The position numbers and the translations under genes were made by a program. A stretch of DNA of 64,000 bases, taken from NCBI RefSeq assembly GCF_964355755.1, contig NC_092674.1:20274001-20338000 (forward strand), written 5' to 3'. This document shows, piece by piece, positions 39,087 through 50,238 of the stretch (its first letter is position 1; every line of letters begins with the position of its first letter). The notes beneath the pieces were generated by a model. The model worked only from the letters and a program-made list of their open reading frames with translations. It did not search any database and was not told where the DNA came from. The DNA is from Antedon mediterranea. Lineage: Eukaryota; Animalia; Echinodermata.

Positions 39087-39668
39087 GGACAAAATTCAGT
39101 AAATCGCGCCTTACTTTTAGAATTTTTACTCGATGGTATATAAAGTTGGTTTGTACTTTTGGTACTGATTTTAAACACCTGATGTAACCCTGTTTACTAA
39201 TTAAATTAAGCCAAACTGGCAGACTGAGAGATTGGAATGTTCCATTCATCGCAAATCAAAACATTTGTAAAAACGTAAATTAAATCTATCAAAATAGTAT
39301 TTTTTTAAAGAAAATCGGCCTGTCTTCAACATTATGATGCTGTACTCGAGCAGTTCAACCGGTTTTCAGCTATTAAAAACAATTATCGTAGGAGGAGATA
39401 GGAAAATGCGAAGCGTCCTCGTATTATTGTGTGCGGGTATTTTTCAAGTTGGACATCCATTAGACAGTGTATACCACGATCGGAAAACACCCCTATTTGG
39501 GGCAAAACCTAAATTCGTTTTAATCATCAATAACTAATTATCTAACTCAGTTTAATTAGTAAACAGGGTTACATCAGGTGGTTAAAATCAGTACCGAAAG
39601 TACGAACCAACTTTATATACCATCGAGTAAAAATTCTAGAAGTAAGGCGCGATTTACCGAATTTTGCC
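39087..39668. mobile_element. Harbinger-like MITE
   Basis: ~120-bp TIR ggacaaaattcagtaaatcgcgccttac / gtaaggcgcgatttaccgaattttgcc, flanked by TAA/TTA. Confidence 0.75.
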
Positions 39669-40187
39669 TTATAGGCCTATAAAACATATATATAAAGAAT
39701 ATATTTAAAAATTGTTCCTCTTTGTACCTATCCGCTTTCCCATCCCTCAAACCTAATGTTACATACAAAACACAAATTGGGTTTCTTTAAATGAATCCAA
39801 ATCAAAAATTTGGACTCATTTTGTGATAAGTTTCTCCTTCGGAAGTAATTCCCAGGGTGCTAATTTTAGTTGACTACATAAATCATCGTGTCTATTTATT
39901 CGTTTCTGTAAACGACAATGCATTATATAATAGTACATTTGAAATCGCCAGTTTTGTTACGCTGAAATTACTGTGTATTCGAGAACCATCTGTGGACACG
40001 ACCTAGATGGTACGCGAGCCAAGCGAGCGTACCATCTAGTTATAGGAATTAAAACAAATCCTTTACTGTTCGTATTTGTACTTTTGGCTTATAATATTGC
40101 TAGAAAATATTGTTGACCTTGGACCCTATTTTTATTGATAGAAACGTCGAACTCAACAGTTCTTTTCAGAATGCTAGAAGTAACTTA

Positions 40188-41419
40188 CCGTATTTATCCG
40201 AATAAACGCACCGGACATTTATTGTTCAGATGGGTGTTTAAGGGAGGGGTATTTATTCGGTGGAGGCATTAATTTTTTTTGTGTAATATGGTAACATGTA
40301 TAATCAATTAACATCGTAATAAGAATAACTGGATTACACCTCCTTCATCCGGGTGCAAGTACAATCATGATATTGAAAAGGTATCGGAGACAACTATATA
40401 TACCAATTCATTTTCATCATTCTGTATGACACAGTTGTATAATATTTTGAATGTCACCGACAAATTATACATATACTCGTCTGTTCCCAGTGTACATAAT
40501 AAAACAATATATATTTCTGGAGATTTATTATCAATACCACTAGAAACTTAGATTTGTTAGTAAGTACTAAGTGCATTGACAATAAAAGCATCAGAAGTGT
40601 ATTTTAAAATGTCATAGATCATGATAAAATCATACTACAACACTACAGTACACAATGGTGTTTTCAGGAAAGCTGGACATATTGTACAATAGTAATGAAA
40701 CCATATGTATTGGCATATATATTCAAAAGACAGTATTGATTGTTGACAAATTGTAGTCAGAAACAAACAGATGATAGAATAAAGATTCATAACAATTGTG
40801 TAATCGTGTCTTATATAGTGTCTTAGGATAATGATGTGTCATTGTTTTATATCATTATACTGGCACCTGGAGAGGATTCGTTAAATGGAGCTTGTGACAG
40901 TGTCACTTTTATTTTAAAAGACAAAAGCATAAAAAGGAAAATGCATCATGTAAAGTACCTTTTATCAGTGAGAAACGAATTATATATCATTATTAAGATT
41001 AGAGTATTTTTGCAAATAAACACCCGCTTTGAATAGAAGCCTCCTACGCTTCCCCTCCCTTCGATTTAAACTCCCCGCCACATGCATATACACAACAAGA
41101 CCATATGGCTGCAGTCGCGTGCTCAAATTTGAGTTAGTGTTTACAGACCAACCAACCGACATAGTGAGCTGTAGAGTTGCGTTGCATGCGACTAATAATT
41201 GTATCACAACACATTTCAATGAATATCATAATCTACAATTTACCAAGCATTTTATATCACTTTTTGATATTAATTGTGTTGTATTTTTTTTATATCTGCT
41301 GTAGGTAGTATTTATTTGATTATACATGTTACCATATTACACCAACAAAACAAAAATATATGTTCCTTAAAAACCTTCTGAACAACAAATACCTGGGGCG
41401 TTTATTAGGATGAATTCGG
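40188..41419. mobile_element. pogo/Tigger-like non-autonomous element
   Basis: TA-ccgtatttatccgaataaacgc ... gcgtttattaggatgaattcgg-TA. Confidence 0.7.
41094..41195 (-). mobile_element. Minimal ~100-bp HINE-like element
   Basis: Both termini of the 521/47478 family (aacaagacc..agtcgcgtgct and gacatagtgagctgtagagttgcg..gcgacta) with no core. Confidence 0.7.
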
Positions 41420-42861
41420 TAAGTTACTTCTAGCATTCGGAAAAGAATTCTGTTGGGTTCAACGTTTCTATCAAAAATCGTCGTCGTAAATTTTTATCGT
41501 CCTCGGGGGTCAACAATACTTTCTAGCATTATTATGAGCAAATGTACAATTACAAACAGTAAATGATTTGTTTTAAATCCATCCTATAATGAAACAATTT
41601 AAAGCATGTTATTGCATAACATTACTGTCCAGGGATAAGTTGTGTAGAGTTATGTTTTTTGTTTAAAACAATAACATTAGTAATTAATAGTATTTCTGGT
41701 CATCTTTTATCCAAATGCGCTATTAGAATGAATGTAAATATGTATATTTCGAACAATTTGATACCAAATTTCAGTTTCTACGACCACTACGACCAGTACT
41801 TGCAGAGATATGAAGATGCCCTGATATGTGGGTCAAAGGTCAGAAAGGGCATTTCTGATCATTTTTGACTAAAATGCCCCATTAGACACAAGCCCATTTA
41901 AAAATGGTCAATTTTGAACGTTAATGTGCTGTGTGTGTGTATGTGTGTCACCTGTAGACATGCAACTGAATACCCTCTAGAGACAACGTGACTTCATGGT
42001 GGTACAAATGAGAAATTCTTTCACAATCTGTTGATTCGCGTCAATCAATCAAGGGGCGAGAATCCAAAATCGTTCAACCGTGAGCCCTCATAGACTCTCT
42101 TTTTCCCAACGTTTTTTGGGTCCAGCAGCTGGGATCTATAAATTATAGTCGAGTTTACAAAGTCGCAAAACTGTCGGCCTTAGATACAATAACTGCTGCT
42201 TGCTTTAGCTTATGAATGAGTAGTCCTCATGGGACGTAGCTGGGTAGAGCAGCAGCGTGAAAAAATATACAGCCACAATGCATCCATGATTATTTTAAGC
42301 ATGTATGTAGGCCTACATTGAAATTACTTGCATAGGCCTACAGTGTATCACACCAGGGTCAACAAGGAAGCAAAATTATATATTAACCACTTTCTGCAAA
42401 TAGGCCTAGTAATTAATAATGTAAAATAAATACGCCTACCGCATTTACCTACAGCTTGATAGAATTAACATGTAAACACATGTAACAACAGAAGAAAAGT
42501 ATCACACCTCCGTTATGGCATGGTGTTGTTAGGTGTAATAGAGGTGATTATATTAATATTTTATGAATTTTAACCACTATGGAAGGTTTAAGCCTATTGT
42601 AAACATGAAATTAAAAGAAATATTAAGGAAAAAATAGAATTTTTAATATTGATATAGAAAATATTAAAAAAAATAAATAAAAAAGTAAATAGTAATTTGC
42701 ATTATAATTTATAAATATTTTCATCGTAAATGAAGGTGAAAATAAGTAAATAAAAATACAGTGCATTTATTGTTATAATAATTTTTTTTTTAGAATAGAA
42801 GAAAAGACAACATTTTTGGTATACCTACAGAATGATACATATTGTTCACGTTTCTTTAAAG

Positions 42862-44800
42862 ATGTCCACTTATTTGAGGCTTTTCTTGTTGGTTTTCTAT
42901 TTGTTTGTAATTGTTACTGGCTACCAAAATTCAACTTTATGTTATAAATTTAATCCATTTTATATTAATGGAACACAGAATGCAAGTGAGCTACGATGTC
43001 CTGATCGATGTTATTGTAAATATTGTCAAGAATGGAAAGGAAACGAACTGTATTATGGACACAAAGTTTACTGTTCAAATCAAGAATTAAAAACTATCCC
43101 GTTAATGAATGAAGTACCGACTGATGCTATATATTATAGTCTTAAAGATAACCAAATTGTATCTTTAAACAACAATTCCTTCAGTACAAGTCCTAATCTA
43201 GAATTTCTTCGTTTGGATGACAATCATTTTAAATACACGCATATTGAAAAGAAAGCTTTTCATGGTTTGAAGAAACTGAAATATTTCTCATTGAGTGAAA
43301 ACAGATATTTAAATAAACTTTTAGCCTCGTGGTTTGTAGACCTTATTTCCTTAGAAACACTTCAAGCAAATAACTGTGGGTTATCGCTAATCGAAAGCAA
43401 CAGTTTTAGGAATTCGAAGCAACTGAAGGAAATACACATTTCAGGTAATAACATTGTATCGCTTCCGACCAATATTTTTCAAAATCTTTCCTCGCTCAAT
43501 TACATATATATGGATAATAATAAACTGCCTTACATTCCAAATGAAGCATTTAAAGGTTCTGACCACATTTTGATAATTGCTGTAAATGACAATCTTTTAT
43601 CTACTATATCAGAACATGTAGGTATACAAAGTCTAAATAATTTACAGATACTTAATGTAGCATACAACAAGTTCTTGTGTGATTGTGAGCTTGTTTGGTT
43701 TAGAAACTGGATTCAAGCGACAAATGTCACGATTGAAAAGCTGAATAACACAGAATGCAACGATGACAAGAATCGCTACAAAGAATTAGTAGATTTTGAC
43801 CCAACAAGTATTGAGTGCCGGAAACTTATCAAAATGTTGAAGATTGTTATACCTTCCGCATCTATCGGTGTTATAATTGTTATCCTTATGATTCTTCTGT
43901 ATAACTTTAGATATGATATAAGGTAAAGTATTATTTTTGTTCATCAATTACTAACTAGAGCCTACAATTATCTATTAGTGCGTTTGTATTACCGTATTTG
44001 TTTTGTGTGTCGTATTCATAAAAATATTAAGAAGGTAACTTTTTTTTATGACGACTAATAGACTCGTGGCCATACCTATTTTTAGACTCGTGGCCATACC
44101 TATTTTGACTTTAATTTTAAAATTCTTTTTAACGTTAACGAAAATATAGTTGAAATTAAATTAATACAACAAATTGTAACCATCTAAAACCATGTTTCAA
44201 AAGCAAATTATTGGAAACTCACTTTCCGTTTACTAATTATTTTAATTTCAATTCAGGTTCTGGATCCAACGAAGACGTCTTCGTAAGCAATATGAAACGC
44301 TAAAAAACCAAGGACCTCCTCCATTAAACGGAGACGACATACGATATGACGCCTTTGTATCTTATAACAGCAAAGACCAGGACTGGGTTCTGAAAGTTTT
44401 GCAGCCATCGTTAGAGGACCGAAATTACAAACTCTGTATCGACTATCGAGATTTCATGCCAGGAGAAGCAGTTGTTAACAACATAGCAAATGCTGTAAAA
44501 TATAGCAGAAAAGTACTACTTTTGGTTTCGAAACATTTTGCAAAAAGTGAGTGGTGTTACTTTGAGTTAGAGATGGCACGTATGCGCATGTTTGACAACC
44601 ACGAAGACATCTTAGTTGTGGTGTTACTGGAGAAGGTGCCATCTAAACACATGCCGATACTTTTGCACAAGATCCTGACCAAGAAAACGTATATAGAGTG
44701 GGACGATCACCCAGAAGGACAGGCGTTGTTTTGGAATAAGGTTGAAACAGCGTTACTATCACCTAATTGTCATAGAGAAAGAGTAGTGAATCGTAAGTAA
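42862..44800 (+). CDS. Short Toll-like receptor B (~534 aa; exons 42862-43922, 44257-44800)
   Basis: Paralog of TLR A with the same domains and intron position; alternative in-frame ATG at 42832. Confidence 0.93.
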
Positions 44801-45029
44801 GATCAACGAAATTAGTATAGTATAGTAATATAATCCTGATTATTAATTATTAATAATTATATTATTAATTATTATTTTATTTTAATTTACTATTTAGTCA
44901 GTATTACTTACGGTAAAAGCATAATTTCGAAACAAAGCATTCTGAGGTGTGAATAAAAATATTCAATTTAGCAAATAATTGGTATGTGGCTATTGACTAC
45001 ATAACTACTATTAACCTTTTGTTTTGTTA

Positions 45030-45565
45030 GTGTACTGTAGATTTAGGCCTAAGCCTATCTATATATAGGTAGAATTATTTTTTTCTAAAATGTCATACCA
45101 AACATTTAAAGTTTGAGAATTGAAAATTACATAATGTTACTGTCGCTTGGCAAATCCTTAATTAAGTAATACGTTTGTTATTAGGTGCAGAAAAGTGTAA
45201 TCTCACTCTTTCTTCTTTTGTTAAAACGAATGATTAAAAAGTAAAACAATAATGTCCTAATTATATTTCCTAATGTATTTTTTTTGGTATGTAGGCCTAA
45301 AGCCTATAAACCTTTGTTTTTGTATTGTAGTAGTGTAGATATTGAGATTTATGTCGACCTATGTATAGGTAGAATTAGTTTTTTCTAAAATTTAAAACAT
45401 TTAAAGTTTGAGGATTGAAAATTACATATGTTGCTGTCGCTTGGTAAATCCTTAATTAAGTAATAGGTTTATTATTTTAAAAAGGTACAGAAAAATATAA
45501 TCTCACTCTCTCCTGATAAAACGAATGAAAAAAGTAAAACAATGGTGTCATAAATATATTTCCTT
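45030..45565. repeat. Diverged ~300-bp tandem duplication
   Basis: tataggtagaatta..catttaaagtttgag..ttgaaaattacat..aatctcactct occurs twice. Confidence 0.7.
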
Positions 45566-47477
45566 AAATTTAGCCTGAATCGCAAATTGCACTCCAAATT
45601 GCTGATTGTGTGGCTGCATTTTGTAAGTCATTATTCAGGTTGTTGGCTCTAATATACAGGTTGTCATTTGAATCCTGGATATTACAGGAGTATTCAAGAT
45701 TGCGTGATGCTCTGAATCGTGTACTTGAAGTTAAGCGGAGGTCCAATAGCGTGCTTTGAAAGTGCCCATTGTCACTTCTCTACACACTAAATCAACGAGT
45801 ATTAAAATCGTAAATACAAGATTCCATAAATTATGTATGTTTTAAAAATAAAATCCTGTTTATAAGTTTTGAAATAGATAGAGGGCGGATGTCTCATACG
45901 TCGTATACGCAACAGCAAGTTATACAAGCTCTAAGGGCTATTGAAGAAGGACTGAAATAGGTATACAGTGCCTATAAACAATACAAGTTGTTGATTAATT
46001 GATTTTGTCCAAACAATACAAATTCGGTCCGAAGTGGAACACAAATTCAATTTGTATTTATCCTGGAATTTCAATGTTTTAAAGTTTAAAAGCAATACCT
46101 CTGTGATTCATTTCGTTAATTGTTCTCATTTCATTAGAGTAATTACTTTCTATCCGTAATTAAATGGCAACGTTTTGCCAAAAGCTTTTGTAGGCCTATT
46201 ATGCCATTTTTAATCTCAAATTCTTTTCCCGGGATAATTGAATATTGAATCAAAAAAATCTCTCGTACTTTTGACAAGGTAACCAATAAAGGGGTTGGTT
46301 CTTCTAACTTACCAAACGTTCTTGTAAAGTTTTGTTGTACTGTTCTGTATGTGTACTTGGAACAACTAAACTGAAAGTGAGAAATTAAAATTGTATACTA
46401 ATGTGTAATTACGAAACAATAACATCAGATTAACTCACTCAAAAACAGAAACGATAAACTGTAACGTTCTACCTAATGACCTCCCAACTTACAACACGAT
46501 CTACTACTAGCTGTTTATTTGTGACCCGTGCAGTGCTGCTACCAATGGGGGCTTACTATCAATGGGGCCGAGTTTGTTTATCAGATCCAGCGATACGGTA
46601 TGTGTTTTGATCGTCTTTATGTGTGTTGTTATTCAAAGTATTAATTAATTTTCAACAAATTTGTTAAAACAAACTAAAGTTATCACAAAGGCAAATTTAA
46701 TAATTCCTGGTTGACTACTTTAAACTTTATAATTAATAATAAAAATGATTTCAGGTTTGTTGAAAATGAAAATTTCATATTTAAACCTGAAATAATATTT
46801 TAGTCTTTATAAACGTACCTTTATAATTAATAAACCAAAACTTCAGTGCTGACCTCCTCTAGTAAGTTCTGTATCAGCATTTTCTAATATTGTTTTCCCA
46901 CTAGCAACTACTTGATATGTCATTTAACATAACGAACAAACGTAAAATTAATCTAGTTTTTAAATTCAAACTTTCCGTCTATTAGATCTTTACTAACTAA
47001 ATAAATCATTATCTCTATGGTATATTTCAATTTTTTGTTTCAATTTACAATTTTCCTCATTTGCCTTAATGGATACAATATATGTGAGGACACGTATTTC
47101 TAGTTGCATCTGGATTTATTGAAAAATATTAATTCTATATGTAATTTGAAAAACCTTAAGTTTTTATTGACTTAAGTAAAATGGGTAATGTGCAAGACAT
47201 CCAAACTCACTAGGATTTCTCTATATTAGACAGTTTCTTCTCTATTTTGGACACGATGCGCCATCTATCGTAATTGTCGTAATTCTGGACAAAAAAATCC
47301 CATTTTCAACAAAAAAATCTCTTTCATCCACTCCACAGCCGATAAAAAAAACAAAACAAAATGAACATGATTTAATTCGGTGTGCGCGAAATATTGAAAC
47401 TTTAGCAGGGTTAATTAGATAAAAAAATAATTTACTAAAGCCTATGTTTCAAGATTAAGAAATAAGACATTGTATTT

Positions 47478-48237
47478 AACAAGGCCATATAGATGGCTGA
47501 AGTCGCGTGCTTAGTGTTTACCGACCGACCGACCAACCTACCAACTGACCGAAATTACTGAACATGTTTAAAAATGTTGAAATGTTTAAAAACAGTTATA
47601 TTTTTTTAATTTACACGTGCGTAGCCTGTCACTTTTGACGTGCTCGTATAACGTAATTTCGAGTTGAAAAGTAAGTCAAGAAAACAGAAATCGGGCAAAA
47701 AGAGTGCGCAACAACATTTAACGCGCAGTGCGCGCGCAAAAATCTGCGCACTCATGGCAATTTTGTAAACGCTTAAAACGCCTGAAACGTACTCTTATTT
47801 CGTCGAAAATAAATTTTGAAAATTTTAAGCGCGCGTACGCATGCGTTACATGCGCTACGCACGTAATTGTATTGCCATATGATGATTTATGCCCTGAAAT
47901 TTATGAGTACCAAATTTTATTTAATTGTGATTCATGGTTGTGAAGATATGATTACAAACGTGATTTAGTTAAATCGTGCGTAGACCGCGTAATTTTTTAT
48001 TGTGTACCGTGAAAACATCAACATCGATTCCTGGCCATAAGGAATATACTGTGAAAAATTGACTTAGCTAGATTAAACTGATATCAAGATAAGGTCAGAA
48101 AGCGATAAAACGCATAGTGATACCGGACCGACAGTCCGACAGTCCGACAGACCGACAGACCGACAGACCGACAGACCGACCGACCGACCGACCGACCGAC
48201 ATAGTGAACTATAGAGTCGCTTCCACGCGACTAAAAA
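47478..48237 (-). mobile_element. DINE-1/HINE-like element
   Basis: aacaaggccatatagatggctgaagtcgcgtgct ... (GACC)n ... agtcgcttccacgcgactaaaaa; core near-identical to 631-1300. Confidence 0.75.
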
Positions 48238-48422
48238 TGAACACTTGATGTATTTTTTTTAGATGACCCTTTTGCTGCGTCGTAATGCGCCCCATATTTT
48301 TTCGGTGAGTTTATGGTAGACGGTTGTAATGGTAGTTGACGGTTGTTGATGGTGGTTGACGGTTGTTGACGGTAATAGAGATCGAAAACAGCACATGTGA
48401 TTGTTGCATGCTTCGCCCGCAC

Positions 48423-50165
48423 GCGATTTTTTTTCCGTACGAGAGTTCCTCCATCGGTTCGTTTCGGACTCAATCGACTCTCTTCGGTATTCGGTAAAGT
48501 CAGCTCACTGATGCGTGACAACATAATACAAACATTTACAAACCGCGAGCTAATCAAAGAATTCTTTGCTAATACTTTCACACAGGCTCTCATAATAGTA
48601 AAATGAATCTACACTAATACGAGTTTTGATGACATTAAGTAATAAATACTAGGCCTACTTAGTAATTACATTAAGAACCCAATAGCATATTGAAGATATT
48701 TAGGTCTACGACCCAATAGTAGGTCGTATCAGATATTATTTTTTGAAGTTGAACCATGGAGGTATAAAATACCTCCATGGTTGAACGACCTTTTGTCACG
48801 AACGAGAGGCTCTTTTCTTATCGTTTATGGTATTGTAGCTAGCCCATGGCTAGCCTAGCCAAGCTTGTGTAAGCCTATGCAAGGTATTACTTTTGAATTT
48901 AAAATGATTATGTACAGTAGGAATTCCTATGCACAGTGTATGTTTTTTATACCTTTTAAAATAACATTATTAAATTAATATTTATATTGTAAGGTAATGG
49001 AAATTTTACGTTAAAGGTGTACGTATTAATTATCCCCAATCTTGAAAAATAAAGATTTCAGACTTTTAATATAGGCAATTTTGGAGTTTTAATTAAGTTA
49101 TAGGCCTACAACTAATATTATTGTTTATTATGTGTATATGTAATTTGGAAAATCATAAAAAATACATGCAAAGTAAAAAATATTCAATTACGGTACTGAC
49201 ACGACTGCAATAGTACAAATACATTTAATAAAACGCATTTTCCATGAAGCTTATAATTATATAAATAAATATAAATATTTGTAATCTTAGGTCTTGGGTC
49301 TTAGCTTTCGTGATCTTAGGTCTTAGGGGGTCTTAGCTTTCGTGACACCCTACTATCATCTTGTCATGAAGATCGGTTTTCTGTATTCCATATTCTTGAT
49401 TTTATTTTTTTTATTATGGTTTCTGAAATAAATTTTTTTTTTAAATTGTTCATTTTAATTCGAAATTTCCACCGGCCAAGATATCAATAATTATTAAATT
49501 AACACAATATTAAACGCTTTATAAGCAAGCATGTGTTTCTACATTACAACTTACAAGAATACATGTTACTAATACTAGGCCTATAATGTATACAATTTTT
49601 CAAATGTTACACTTAAAAACCTGAAGAAAATTTTAATTTTCTTGATAAAAACATCTGTTAGTGTTACTTCTGTACATATAATTTCTAACCTACTACTGTA
49701 CTTCATCTTATTAAAATAAAAAATAGTACTGTAGATGGAAATGTACTACATTGAATTTGAAGCACACGTAGCGTAGTGCTAGGCTAGCTAGGCCTTGCTT
49801 GTGACGACCAACAAAGTGCTGCTGCTGTATGTGTGTTACTGTTTGTGAATCTGATGGTACATACATTGGTTTGTGGCTGCCTATACAGTATTATATTATT
49901 AAAATTCTAGGCCTATTATTATTATTACAATGACGTTCAGTACTACTATTAATATTTATTATTATATTTACAGTGAGTATAGTATTAGCCTCTAGTAGTA
50001 TGTACAGTATGTATAAATCTGTCACTCGTGAAAAAAAAAGCTGTACTGCTCACGTTTTGTCTTGTGGTTGCTGTCACGCATCAGTGAGCATCGGTGGCTT
50101 ACCGAAGAGTCGATTGAGTCCGAAACGAACCGATGGAGGAACTCTCGTACGGAAAAAAAAATCGC
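48423..50165. mobile_element. MULE-like non-autonomous element directly upstream of MPDU1
   Basis: ~95-bp TIR gcgattttttttccgtacgagagttcctccatcgg..; end motif shared with E and I; imperfect 9-bp TSD cgcccgcac/ccgccgcac. Confidence 0.8.
48755..48779. mobile_element. 25-bp P-element-like mini-palindrome (probable footprint)
   Basis: catggaggtat-aaa-atacctccatg flanked by perfect 7-bp direct repeat gttgaac. Confidence 0.7.
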
Positions 50166-50238
50166 CCGCCGCACGTCACACACACCTAGAATCGCTTGTG
50201 TCGTAACCGTCGGTATTTCGTTTAAAAACAGGCCTGCA

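Larger units (their letters stand above)
38890..41880. repeat. Degenerate foldback with nested insertions upstream of TLR B
   Basis: 38890-39066 + 40041-40186 is the inverse of 41422-41880; outer limits approximate. Confidence 0.7.

Noticed and set aside
45565-45790. ~65-codon open frame on the minus strand
   Set aside because: No start, no linked exon and no recognisable motif.
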